62,147 nucleotides of DNA, taken from positions 205,965,854-206,028,000 of the forward strand of contig CM097883.1 in the NCBI GenBank assembly GCA_044892505.1, read 5' to 3'. This stretch comes from Schmidtea nova. Taxonomy: Eukaryota. A program made the position numbers and the translations under genes. The notes beneath the pieces were generated by a model. That model saw nothing but the letters and a program-made list of their open reading frames with translations, was not told where the DNA came from and did no database searches. Below are positions 48,684 to 62,147 of the stretch, in pieces (position 1 is the stretch's first letter; each line of letters begins with the position of its first letter).

Positions 48684-51600
48684 AGTTATATATCTAGGTA
48701 AGACAACTTATTACACATTATATTTTAAACTAGTTTTGATAAAATGTGGTAAAAGGTGTGATTTTAAATAAATAATTAATTTTGCTGTTTGAATTTATAA
48801 TGAATTTAGAAGGAGACATAACTGGCTTACCACTCCAAGAAATCAATGCCGCCACTAGACAGCAGTCGACTAAAAGTATGTTGAAGTCATTATCATAGCA
48901 GGCTCGAGAAATATTATATTTTAACGTGAGGAAGTTCGATGGAAAAGTTGGTTGTGAGGCCGAATTATGGCTAAAAAATATTTCAGAATGGTTGATGATA
49001 GAAGACCAAAGTTAAGTCAATGCGTTTGATCTTTTACTGTCAGAGGCAGCAGCTCTATTATGGGGAGCAGCCAAAGGAGAGAAAATGACAGATAATGAAA
49101 ATGACAGAAAGAATGATTCATTGAAACGTTTACAGTAAAGAAAACTATTACGAACAAGATATTGGAACTTGCCCAATTATATCAAGAAGGCGATGAGAGA
49201 TTTCAAGTTTTTGAAATAAGAGTTAGAACGTTAGTAAAGAGCGTATTCAGCTTGGAAATGCCGGAAGAGCAAATTGTCCGGGATATAATCTCAAACAGAG
49301 CAAAAGACAATCGAGTAAAAGAGATATTTATATCAAGAAAATTAACTAGTTTTGAAGAAGCAAGAGAGATGGTGAAAAATCAAGAAAAAATTGAAATGAC
49401 TATTGGAAACAATTCTAATATGTGCGCTATACGAAGATAATCCTACGCATCTATTGCAAATAAAGGTAAATTTAACAGACTTCCGCAAAAAAGCACAATA
49501 GAGAAATCGAGATACATTCACGAAGAACGACGAGAACTAAGTTATAGATCAGCAAGACCCAAAAATAATCAATACGTACCAACAATAAAGAAGAAAAAAC
49601 GGAGAACGAACGATATTTTAAAGGACGAAATAATTTTTCAGAAACAGAAAGGAAGATTCCAACAGTATCACTGAAAGATATCGCCAGAAGAATATTTAAC
49701 GACAGTAGATCGAGAACGACACCAACACCAGAGAAATTAGCTCCTGGTCAGTGTTTCTGCTTTGGAGAAAGAGGACATCGACGTTTTGAATGTACAATGA
49801 AATATAGATGTCTCATTTGTGGTAAGGAAGATGATCGATTCAGAGACTGTTATTTACTAAATAATAGAAACAATTACAAGAAAATAGTAGCATGTCTATA
49901 TGAAGAAAATCTGACAAATAACAACAACAAAGACACCGAGGATGCCTATAGTAATTACGATGAAATGATACAAAAATCAATGGACAAAGCAAAAAAAAAG
50001 ACGAACCCGTTGCTTTCATTTAGTCAGTGGGATCGGCACAATAGAGAAGAGAAAGAATCGAAATGAAGTTAAGAAGCTGAAGATGTACGAGACGGATGAT
50101 AGAAGAAAGTGGAGTAAAATTATTTTGAATGGAACAGAAATCGATATGCTGTGGGACTCTGGAGAATCAGTATCAGTGATGAGAAAGAGCAGTTGGACAA
50201 AAATAGGAAGACCAAAGGTGGATGTAAGTAATATGTCATTATGTGGAGTGTTTTCATCTAGTTCGGAAAGACCACTAGGAGAAATGACGATAGAAGCAGA
50301 TTGGAATGGCAAGAGGAGAAAAATAAGAGTGATTGTAGTTACAGATATACAGCCGAATTTTATTGGTGGTGTAGACACGATGGAAAAATTTGGAATTTAG
50401 TTTGTAGAGATCAATAATATCGAAGTATCACTGGTGGGGAAGACATATCAGAATTCACAACGAGAAATGAAAGCGCTGGAGAGGTTGGGGAGTTGTTAAG
50501 AAGAAGATTTAGAAAGAATTATACCGAAATTCATAGAAATTATTACGGCATCAACTTTTGACTTGGGATTCACTGAAATGGTAAAACATGAGATGGATAT
50601 AAAAGGAGATCCAGTTAGAATACAGTCCAGAAGGCAACTAATGCATCTGGAACAAAACCTAGACTAGACTGGAAGCAAAAGTCATTAGGAAATGTAAATG
50701 TGCATGGAACGCACCGCTGGTGATAATCCCAAAGAAAGACACTTCAATTATAATGTGTGTGGCTACAGAGGATTGAACGCCATTACAAAAAATCCTTCGT
50801 TTCCAATGCCAGATACTCGATTTTCTTTGGAATGCTTTGTAGATTCGAAGTATTTTACTTCCATTGATCTAAGACATGCAGATTACCAGGTCTGGATGGC
50901 GGAAGAAATACAAGACGTCGCAGATTTTAGTACAAGACAAAGACAATTTTCTTCAACAGGTTACCATTTGCACTGGCAACACCCCCATCAACATTCCAGA
51001 GGATGATTCACTCAATTCTGGAAGGAATATTGTTTAAAGGAGTTGTGGTTTACCTAGACGATATATTGATTTATGGAAAAGACAGAAAAGAACATAATTT
51101 ACGGCTAGAAGAAGGATACAAATATCAGAATTGAAGATTAATCTTGGTAAATGCAATATTTTTAAAGAAGAACTAATATTTCTGGGACACTCTGTTAGTT
51201 CCAAGGGAATAAATACGAATGACAAGAAGATCAAAGAATTTAAAGATGCAAATTCCGACATGCGCTAAACAATTGAGGTCGTTCCTGGGTATGACTAACT
51301 ACTACAGGAAGTTCATAAAAGATTACGCAAAGATTGCTGAACCGTTGTACGCAGCTACTTCTGGATGCGGGAAAATGATTAATTGGTCAGAAAATTACAA
51401 TAAAAGTTTTGAATTGCTTAAAACAAAGTATGTGAAGCCCCAATCCTGGATTATCTAAGAGTAGAGGACAAATTTATTATGGACACAGATGCTAGATTTG
51501 GAGCCATCGGAGCCGTTCTGTGTCAAGAAAAAGGAGACCATACAGAGGTGGTTATTGCGTATGGATCAAGACATTTAACGGCACACGAAAAAGAGTATTG

Positions 51601-53135
51601 TGCGACAAGGAAGGAATTGCTTGCAATACACGAATATGTCTTCTATTTCAGACAATATCTATATGTGAAGGCTTTTGTAGTACGAACAGATCACAAAGCA
51701 CTAGTCTTCATGAGATGCACCAAGAAAGAAATAAGAAGATGTTATGTGCTCAATGCCAGACACAACATAAAGACACGAAAGAGGAAAAACCAGAGTGAGA
51801 CATTTTAGTATATTACAGAAGACTGAATCAATGACAAGACTATTAAGTAGACAAGAGGATGGTGTAGACTTCATACACACGTCATAGGTATTAGTGGGAA
51901 AAGAGAATGGTGGAACTCAGAACAAGAGGAAATTCCCTTTTAATTTGCTGAAGAACACAAAATTCGTAAACGGATTATTACTGCTTGAAAAAGACGGAAA
52001 GGATGTCATATTAGTACCATTAGGCTACACTAATACATTAGTCAAAGACAAACATACAGAAATATGTCATATTGGAGTGAAGAAATTAACAATTTACATG
52101 AGTGATTTATTTATTTTGGCCGAATATGCAAGGAACAATTCAAAGCTGTTTAAGATCATGTGAAATATGTTGTTAAAGGAAGATAGTACAAGAGAAAACA
52201 AAGGAACGACTGATACCGATAATAAGTTCAGATTTCTTAGAACAATGGGCTGTAGATAAAACCCACGTGAAACCTCAAGGAAGTTACAGATATTTATTAG
52301 TTATTATTGACCTTTTCAGCAAAGACCGTTAGTCTAACTGCAATGGAAAGACAAGATGAGAAATCGTTGTTCCAAGCCATATTAGAGAAGTGGATATATA
52401 GATTCGGTAAACCACGAAGTATTTTATCAGACAAAGGTAAGAATTTCGACAGCATGTTTGTGAAGACACATCTAGGAAAGTTAGGCATCGAACAACACCT
52501 GAGCTCACCATACCAACACCAATCGAATGGGTTGGTGGAAAGAAATATACGAACAGTCAGAGACTTATTAACAACCTCTATATTCAGTGGATTAGGGGAG
52601 AGAAATAAGGTAGATTTACTCCCACGTATAGAATTTTGTATCAATGCAACAACACAGAGTACAACAGGATTCTCACCATTCGAAATTGTTTTCGGGAGGA
52701 AAATTAATCTACATTCAACACTACCACAGACAAATTTGAACGCAACCGAAATACGCAAGTAGATTCTAGCAAACAGTGAAAGGGCAGCAAAACGAATGAA
52801 AGAAACAGACACGGATAGAAGGACGCATAGAACTTTTCAGATAGGGGAGAAAGTATTAGTTCGGAAAGAACCACAAAATCGGGACAAAAATGGCCTTCAG
52901 TATGACGGACCGTTCGTAATATCAAGATTTTTGTCAGAACGCCAAGTGGAGCTGATCGATGGAGATTCAAAGAACTTTCGTCGTGTCGAATGGCTGAAGA
53001 GATGGGAAGATTCTTAAAGAAAGGGGGAGTTATATAAATTGTTGATTGTTTAAATAATCAAAAGAAAGGTGTGTTTTTAAATAAATAATTAATCTTGCTG
53101 TTTGAATTTTAATGAATTTAAAAGGAGACATAACT
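48684..53135 (+). mobile_element. Decayed Ty3/Gypsy element with short LTRs (48684-48823, 53028-53135) and AGTTAT...ATAACT termini
   Basis: Shared ~70-bp LTR 3' block; PPT AAGAAAGGGGG; zinc-knuckle remnants, LWDSGE protease, VVYLDDIL, MDTDA, ELLAI, SDKGKNF, NGLVER, YDGPF. Confidence 0.9.
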
Positions 53136-54769
53136 ATATATATTCAAAAAAATGCGACCGTCATTTAACGAGCTCTAAATAAAGCCCGTAATTAATAATT
53201 TACCACTAATATTTGTTTTAATAATTATTTTACTGAGAAAATTTATATAGAAAAAATTTGTAAAAAATTTAGGTGAAAAGAAAAACACTTGAATTGGGAA
53301 ACGAGCAGTTCAAATTCATGAAGGTGAAAAATAACCAAATAAAAACCAAATGAAATTTTATAAGATTTGAATTAAAATAAAATATGTTGTCATTATGGAC
53401 TGATTAAATTAAACGAAAATTTAGTTGTCAAGGTTAATGATTTCACTTGCTATGTAATTTTCAATCGATGAAACTTGGGGAAAAAAAAGATAAAACTAAA
53501 AAAATTTTTGTGAGTCGAATAACACTGCTGGATAAACAAAATCAACCCAACTCTGTATGCTCTTCTAAACAACTCAAACCGGAAGCAATAATCCACAAAG
53601 GAAAAGATACAGTTTCTCCGGAAGCTTTGCTGCACGTAATTCTCAATCGAAGCATGAATTGCAAATAGCTTTGTGCATTTTGCGTGCTGAAATATAATTC
53701 CACACTTCTACATGAAGCACAGAGGCAGTCGACGGGAGAAAACGATTGGTGAAATATTTGTCATTTTTTTTTGTTTAAATCCTACTACTATTACTATTAT
53801 TACTTACTAATGCTACTTGCAAGTTATGTTTAGAAAATAATAACGGTTGCAGAATATTTGCTCTCAAATCAGTTGCTCTCGATCGCCAATTAGGGCAAAG
53901 ATTTGTTCAGGAAATATCACTTCCTATTTATCGTAAGCAAATAAGCCGGGATGCCTCATCAACTTATTGATAACTCGCTAGCTTCCTCTAAAACACAACT
54001 GGCCTCATAACGGAGCCTTGCTCAATTTAACTCATCATTTTAGTTGTATCAAGTAAAAAAAATTCTCAAAAAATATCATCATAATTGATTAATTATCCAA
54101 TAGATAATTTAGTCTTAATTTTTTAATTACTTGGATTTAATTCATTATTTTTTTTTATTTTAGTATCTCTTGTTTGATTTGGGAAAAATGTGGAATATTT
54201 TTAATTAATAGAATTATATTGTTTTATTTGTTTTAATATTAATAATAAATCAAAAATGTTTATATTTTTCAGTAAACATGATTTTATATTTTTTAATATA
54301 TTTTTTATTATTTTTAATATTTTTACTATCGTTTTTAATATTGGTCTGCCTATCATTGTTATAAAAATAATAAAGATTATTTTATTATCGAAAATATTTA
54401 CATAATAAAATTTTGCAGCAAAAGTTTATTTTGAGATTTATTAATTATTTTGGGTGCGGCCATAATAAAATTAAAATAAAATAAATTTTAAGTAAAATAT
54501 TTGATGGGGTTTTGAATAGTTTAAGGGATTTGGAGACAACGGAATTTGTAAAATAAATTAAATTAAAAGAAATTTATTTTTAATAATTATTAAACAATGG
54601 TTCGACAATAAATGTTTTGTCAAACCAGTTTAATTAATTTGGGATGTATTTATATTTGGAAATTTAAAACTTGTAATTTTTGGAAGAATAAATTTTAAAT
54701 TTTAAAATTTTGTTTTTGAATTTTTAAAGAACTTTTGTGATTTTCTTCGAATTTGAAATTTAATTCAAT

Positions 54770-55015
54770 ATGTCTGGTAACGCTATTGGCATAAATTTGG
54801 GTACTACCTATTCATGCGTTGGAGGGTTTCAACATGGAGAAGTGAAAAATATTTCCAACGAACAAGGAAATAGTAAAACTCCCAGTTATGCAGCATTTAC
54901 TGATACTGAGCGATTGATTGGCGATGCTGCAAAAAACCAAGTTGCAATGAACCAAAACGATACAGATTTCGACGCCAAAAGATTGACCGGCAGCAGATGT
55001 AATGCACCGTCAGTG
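54770..55015 (+). pseudogene. hsp70: HSP70 5' fragment (~80 codons, degenerate)
   Basis: [18 protein letters not shown]...[29 protein letters not shown]...FDAKRL.G; homology stops after APSV. Confidence 0.88.
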
Positions 55016-55446
55016 GAGACTATCTGGATCTTGAAAGAGTTTAAAGTCACAGGCAGATGATTGCTTACTGGAAAGCAGCGAAGCCCAACTCCTTATCAAA
55101 TGAGAATTTTGCGTCTGACTTTGTTACTGCAAAAAATATTTATTGGTATTTCATTGGTGAATTGCAGAAAGTGAAGTAAGGAAACGATGAAATTGTTGAT
55201 TGCAACAAAATTCACGATAAAAGGTCAAAGTTTGTCAAGGATTTCAGAATCTGTATCAAATGCCACAGTAGAGGTGGTATTCATCAACTTAAAGAAACTT
55301 ATTAAAATATCTTATTAAAATATCTATCAGGTGCTGCAACAAGCCCATCTTGATAGGGAATATGTGGGAAAGCTTTATCAATCGTGAGTAGACTTGTCAA
55401 TGATGTGTTTAAAAAGAAGAGATTTTAAATGCTAAACGACTATTCT

Positions 55447-55699
55447 NNNNNNNNNNNNNNNNNNNNNNNNNNNNNNNNNNNNNNNNNNNNNNNNNNNNNN
55501 NNNNNNNNNNNNNNNNNNNNNNNNNNNNNNNNNNNNNNNNNNNNNNNNNNNNNNNNNNNNNNNNNNNNNNNNNNNNNNNNNNNNNNNNNNNNNNNNNNNN
55601 NNNNNNNNNNNNNNNNNNNNNNNNNNNNNNNNNNNNNNNNNNNNNNNNNNNNNNNNNNNNNNNNNNNNNNNNNNNNNNNNNNNNNNNNNNNNNNNNNNN
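55447..55699. other. Assembly gap
   Basis: Run of N. Confidence 1.
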
Positions 55700-56104
55700 T
55701 GCAATATTTCTTTATATTTTCAATTATCAAGGTAAATATAACGATGGAAAGACTGTAACGAAAAATCGTGTATTTTAAAAAAATGTTAATATATAAATAA
55801 ATTTTATATAATTTAAATATCTTATTAAAATATTATTTGTGTTGGTTAATGGGTTATTATAAACTGTTATTTCCACGGATTATGGGAACCCACAAAACAT
55901 CATGAAAATGTCAAATATTCCTCATTTGTGTATTTATTGTTACTCCTTGGTAATCTATGTTGGCAATGTACACAGTAATGTTAGAATTCAATGAGCAGGA
56001 GAGCTTCGTTGCCAAAACAACTCTTCATTAGATTCTATCTTTCGGGTTATTACTGTCGATAATTACTCTTTACTTCAAAGGTCCTTATTAATGGAATATA
56101 TATC

Positions 56105-57079
56105 TGTTCAGTGTTAGTTTTAGTAGTTTGTTTTTTATGTTTGCGAGTGTAGTAAGAAGATTGTAGATCCCGAGAGAGTCAGACGTTAGCAATGTGCCGA
56201 CACTCGGGGTGTGTGTTGTGTCGTGCGGGTACAGAGATAATAAAACAAATAAGAAATTAAACCGATAAAATGTATTAATAATCAACTAATAATTTAAAGG
56301 CTAACAATGAAAGTCTAACTTCGAATATCGGCTGTATTCAATTCTTTATTTTGTCGACCCGCTATTAGGGCTTGGATTTGGGAGTGGATCGGGACAAATT
56401 GAGATTGAGGTACGATAGTTGTGATATTATAATTTCAAATTATCAACTTTTTACTTTCCTAGTTCCTAAGGTAATTCTGATTGAGATTATATTGGGCTTT
56501 TTATTTTCCTAATTACTATGATGATTCTGACTGAGATTATATTGTGCCGAATTGTGATTGAGGCACGACAGTTGTGATAATATAATTTCTAATTATCAAC
56601 TTTTTATTTTCCTAATTACTACGATGATTCTGACTGAAATTATATTGGGCCAAATTGAGATTGAAGCCAAAATCGGGAATTAGGGATTGTTTCTTTAATT
56701 GTTGTTTCTTTTCGGTTTCCTATGTTCTATCCTAGTCTTCAGATTTTCTGGTTCTCGTTTTTACCAATTACTAAGGTTTCTTTTAATCGTTTTAGTTTTT
56801 CTAATTGTATCCTAGCTCTTTAATAGCTTTTTAATTTGTCATCGATTTTTTTTAATTTTCTTCGTTATATCCTTAGATATTTAATTTTGAATTTGATTTT
56901 TTAAATTAATTTAATTCTTAATAATAATTATAATAATAAAAAAAATTACATACACCAACAAAAAGGGGGGTCCACGGTGACCGCAAGGGCACCGTCCATA
57001 ACAATGACGGCGCTTACAACAACGTACTCGAATATCGTTAATCATAAAATAAATTAATCAATAAAATATGTCATTCACA
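56105..57079 (-). repeat. Solo LTR of the same Gypsy LTR family (third subfamily)
   Basis: Minus strand starts TGTGAATGACATATTTT; contains gcgccgtcattgttatggacggtgc and cccgagtgtc...gactctctcggg blocks. Confidence 0.8.
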
Positions 57080-59652
57080 GTCCTCTTAAATTTATGAACT
57101 CTTAACTTTCCGTAACATCGCTTTATGATATTTAATAAGCCTATCTATTCACAAAAATATCTAAATAAAACCCAGTCTATTTCTCCTGGTTCACCTTACA
57201 ATTACATCCCCTAATTATCTTTTACCTAGAAATTCTATGTAATTTAATATGACGATGGTTAAACTACTCAACCCGAGAAAATCGTACAATTACTATTTAT
57301 ACAAAAGAAAAGAACATACTTGTAACAATCGTTTCCCTTGATTCACTAAATACAATATCGATGATGAGTGATAGAGTTGTTCACAAATTTTTAAATGTGT
57401 ATCCACAAAAGTAATTGTTAAAAGTTTTTGGCTTAAAGTTTTGTTAAAATAATGATTTCCGGAATGCTGTTTATACTATTTTTGTGTAAATCCTACGTCT
57501 TTTGCTAATTTAATTTAAATATTTATAATTTAATTTATATTTATTTATTTTAATATTTAAATTATTTATTTTCATAAATAAATTATTTATTTATTTTCAG
57601 TTAATTTAGTTTTACAATTAATTTAATTTCTAAATATTTATTTTTAATTCTAATAAATTATGTGTGTGTCCCATATGGCGTCCTTTCGCATGCAATAATT
57701 GATTAAATTAAATACACTGCAACCGCACTTGGTATCCGTCAAAAATCAGAAAAAAGCTAAAAAAAAGGTTTAATAATAAAAATTTACATAAACTACACTT
57801 ACGGGTTCATAAACTTCACAGCATAACATAAAATCTTCTTTTTAGTGTAGGTCTCACTCAGTGTTTGTAAACGACCTAATAAGATCAGATCGATAATTCT
57901 TGTTTACAAAATAAATTTAGCTACGCGAGCTGACAATACGATAAACAAGTTACGTAGTAGTGTGACTTGGGGGTCTCACTTACACATATATAAGTAACTT
58001 ACCAGGAGTAATAAAACATAATATTCAACATTCAACTCCAAACGATAGGTAAGACAATATTTGTAATACATTCTCTTTTAAGTTTTATGATTATTGCTGT
58101 TTTCTTGAGGTATGCTTAATAATTTGTTTGTTGTGACGTACGTTGCTTGCTATATTCATCTTTGTTATTATAAAATTTTTAAACTATTTTCAAAAAATGG
58201 AAAAGTCACTAGAGAAGATATGCAAATGAATCAGCCGATTCGAGGAGAAAAAAAGAACTCCTGGAGGAGAATCAAACAATGTCACTTCTACTAAACAAAT
58301 TCATTCAATGATGCTGTTATTATTAGGTAACTTGGTTTGCTCCTATAAATGAGGGTAGCTCAGGAAAAACTTGTGGAAACCAAGAAATTATTAGGAGAGG
58401 GAACTATTAAGCGAAGGGCTCTTCAAATGGTTCTTCCTGACAAGGAAGTTGAGTTGGATCGATACTGTGTGGAATACCCCGTCGAAGAGTCATACAATAT
58501 ACCGAATGAAGGCACAAGCACTGTAAAATAAATGGGTCAGGAACAAACGTCCCAGGAAAGCTCGAATATTGGGATGAATCAATAAGTCTACTACATCCAC
58601 AAGTTGATCTGGATGCCAACTAAGCAAGTGACGACAGTCCAGTCTATTGGTGTATGAAATTGTACATACAAATTTTTTAATTTTCGTTTATTGATGTTCT
58701 GTGATTATCTTTTGTTATTATTAATCATTGTATCAAATTTAATGAATGATGTTATTTGTTGAATGAATATTATTAAAACGGATTTTTGAGAATGGGCCAT
58801 AACTTGATTAAAATAGCCGATGAAGTAAGAAAAAACCAAATCTCTAATGACAATATACGATTAATTCTCTCCGATATTAATTTTGCACGTAATAAATAAC
58901 TGTCGACTAATACTTTCAAACGATATAGTCAAAACTAAAACACATCATCACTGTCTCGGGTCAAAACAAGAATCTTGAATGAACAATAGAAAATTAAATC
59001 ATTATTGTTAAAGAAAGGGATCGAACATCGAAATGAGCGCATATCTTCTATCGATAGCTCTTGAACCCAAAGAAATTACTAGGTCAAATATAGTTTTTGG
59101 TAATAGCGCTCACATTTTGCGAGTATTCCGCCCAATAATAATATTACCAAGGTTGCTTGCGATAGTAACTACTGGTTAAACAATAGTTATATTACAAAAA
59201 AAATATATGTTGCTATGGTACCCACGATATGTAATATATATTATTTTTTATATATTTAAATACAAATGTAATTATGTATATCACAAAAAAATTATTAAAA
59301 CTCCTTTAATTTTTAGGTAAATTGAGGATTATTCATATTTCGCTATGCATTTTTAGAAAAAAATATTTTTTTTAATTACTAAAGATATTTTTACTGCTAA
59401 ATTGCATAGTTCAGAAGACGAAATAAAAAAAATAAAAAAATGCAAAATAAGTAGAAAACATTAATGTAATTTAAATTTTCACACTTATTTTAAGAACTTT
59501 ACAGTTTCATTTAGTAATTTTTTAAACATTAATAATTTTGTTTAAATATTGTAATTGTTGATGTTTTATATAAAAATTTTGAATTGTGTTTTTTCTTTTA
59601 ATTTTTCATTGATGAATTGTCCTCGTAGTTTATTTATATTTACTTATGGTGA

Positions 59653-59708
59653 GCTCTGTGGAAGGCCGCGGCTCTGAGGTAAGGCCGCGGCTCTGAGGTA
59701 AGGCCGCG
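59653..59708. repeat. GC-rich 19-bp tandem repeat (~3 copies)
   Basis: aaggccgcggctctgaggt units. Confidence 0.85.
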
Positions 59709-59775
59709 AGGTTTAGCTTTTGCTAAAGTTTTTTATACTTGAAGTACGTTATTTAACCGTTTTGTAGCAGGTTAT

Positions 59776-59867
<92 letters not shown>

Positions 59868-61706
59868 GAAACGTATATTTACGCTCCTAGTTACGTAAAC
59901 GTTAAAATGATAAAAAGTTCATTCAAAAATATTTGCGGTTGATATGACTTATCTATTCTCTTGATTATACTTCTTATTAAAAATTAAATATCTCAAATAT
60001 TATAGTTTATAAAGAGGAAGAAACAAAAAATATTTTTAATTGCATTCTTCCACTATCTAAAAAGTTTTAGATCAAAATTGACCTCTCCGTTCTTCTAGTG
60101 TCGCTCCTAACGTCTCTAAAGAATGTAGAAAATAATATTAATATACCACGGATGTACATTATATTTCTGAGAAAACACGTGCTGAAAACAATCTCTATAA
60201 TTCACAACATGGAAAACAAGCAACCAATCAAAATTGCGCATGACAAATTCATTTTCAGAATAAATATTAAAACAAAAAAAAACAAATATTCTAATCGATA
60301 CGCCATATTTAATATTTTTTTATTGAAAACTTCTCATAAGTCAAACACAAATTTATTGGCCTACTAAAATTAAAATTAATGTAAACCAAAATAAAAATGG
60401 CAAATATTTAATTCGTCAATTGACTCACCGAAATAATAGATTTATAAAAAGTTTTAATTCAAAACATTATTTGTTTGAATACGAGATATTTTTTGTTGAA
60501 AACAAGTGCGATATATTTGCTTAATCCGTTGGCAATTAAAATGTCAAAATGCAAAATTATATCAACTCAAGTAGAAATGTTTTTCAGATTTGTTTGAAAA
60601 AAAATCCCTGAAAATAAAATTTTAACTGCTGCTGATATTGCTGCTGCTGTCAACGATGATGAGGCTGATGAGGACTATGACAATGAAAATAATGAAAATA
60701 ACAACAATTTTATGATTTTTTAAAACATTTATTTTAATAAACATGCTTCGAAACAAATCGTTTAGTGTGTAATTGTTTATTTAAATAAATTTCAAAAATT
60801 TTATTACTTACAATTTGTAATCGACATTGAATCTTGTACACTTTGCTTCGTGATAAACGAATAGTTTCGATTTCTGTAAATATTTACAAATCAACAAGTC
60901 TTTTTCTAGTGCATTTCATGCTAGACTTTAAAATTATTTTTTTGTCAGTAATCTAAATTTATCTTTTTGATATTGTTCTAGTCTCGGAGTTTTATTATCT
61001 ATTAAACAAATAGCTCTGTAAAATAAAAATCACATTTTATTATTGGATTCGATAAAAACACTTTACATAATTTTTTTCTCAATATCACCATTGTTGATAA
61101 TAATATATAGCGAATGGAAAAATCGTAAAAAGAAAATATAAGCATCTTAATAAAAGAGTTTGAAATTTTGCTAAGCTTTTGCAAATGAAATTGATGAATA
61201 AATTAAAACAAAAAAAAAGAAACTTTACATGTATATATGAAAAATAATTTCATCATGATCTAGAGTTTCTCTCGAGATAGATTAAAAGTCTTTAAGTGTT
61301 TTCTAAGAGTAACTTCGTAAGAAAAAAGTTATTCTTCAAACGGTCACTGATTAGACCATTATCTGATAGTTTTTGCTTGGGGTCTGAGGTTTTTCTTTTT
61401 CGCGTATTGTTTAAATTTGACGTATACATCTGTGTTCATTTGTAAGTTTGATGAGTATGAATAGATCAGGATGTATTTAATTTGCATTTTAAGGCTGTTT
61501 GATAATTCTGAATGTATGTCAATACTAAGAATATGCGTGTGCATTGGGTGTGCACTTTCTGTTTAGAACAACGCGCAATCAATAGTAACTTTTGTAGCAT
61601 TTAATAAAATCCTTATCCATTTTTTTGTTTAAATATAAAACAATATTTTTAAGTAATTTTTTTTTATAAAATTTTGATTATTTTCTGATAAATTTACAAT
61701 TTTATT

Positions 61707-61932
61707 TATATCAACAATTTCCATAAATGTATGACTAGATCAAAAACGTTTTTTTTAAAGTAATCAATATTTCAGAACATCCTTTTTCAACTTCGCTTTA
61801 TCAAATACACACTTGATAAAGACTTGGCCAAAATATTGTGTACTTTTAAAAAATAACTTTTATCTATAATCATAACATTATGGAAATTATTGATATATAT
61901 AAAAAGAGATAAAAGGGAAACGATAATTATGA
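61707..61932. mobile_element. Diverged palindromic mini-PLE with hammerhead-like motifs on both strands
   Basis: Plus: acacacttgataaagacttggccaaaatattgtgt + tail. Minus (61790-61765): ttgaaaaaggatgttctgaaatattg + inverted tail. Confidence 0.7.
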
Positions 61933-62147
61933 TTTAATTTTTATGTTTTCAATTTTATATGATATTTTTAGAAACTATTTTGAATTTATTTACATAAAAT
62001 GTAAGCTATTTATTTATTTAAAAACAGCTTCTTTTTTACATTTCTCCTAATTTCTCATTTTTATTTTCTACTATTAAAGTGGATTTGAAAAAGTAAAACA
62101 GGTTTGTGAACATCAATTCTATAGTTTTCATATGATAATTTTCAAGA

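Noticed and set aside
55429-55758. ORFs spanning the N run
   Set aside because: Assembly-gap artefacts.

Overview
Very AT-rich eukaryotic genomic DNA made almost entirely of mobile elements. It is probably from an invertebrate (planarian-like composition and 36-53 bp introns; this is inference only). No intact host gene is evident. Left to right: (1) a ~4-kb head-to-head palindrome of a Penelope-like retroelement (RT + GIY-YIG) whose outward-facing tails each carry a minimal U3-A8 variant hammerhead ribozyme; (2) a ~12-kb decayed, internally deleted Polinton/Maverick (adintovirus-like) element with pPolB, adenain-type protease, capsid remnants, chromodomain integrase and packaging ATPase, plus, unusually, a TATA-binding-protein-like gene, CCAAT/TATA promoters and several short GT-AG introns in core viral genes; (3) pogo/Tigger and MULE DNA transposons and MITEs; (4) two near-complete but decayed Ty3/Gypsy elements, solo LTRs and other Gypsy fragments; (5) a second syntenic Polinton fragment; (6) an HSP70 5' fragment; (7) several ~100-230 bp hammerhead-bearing mini-derivatives of the Penelope tail, mostly palindromic, one of which interrupts the Polinton polymerase. 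The best candidates for something new are the spliced, TBP-encoding Polinton and the palindromic hammerhead mini-Penelope family.
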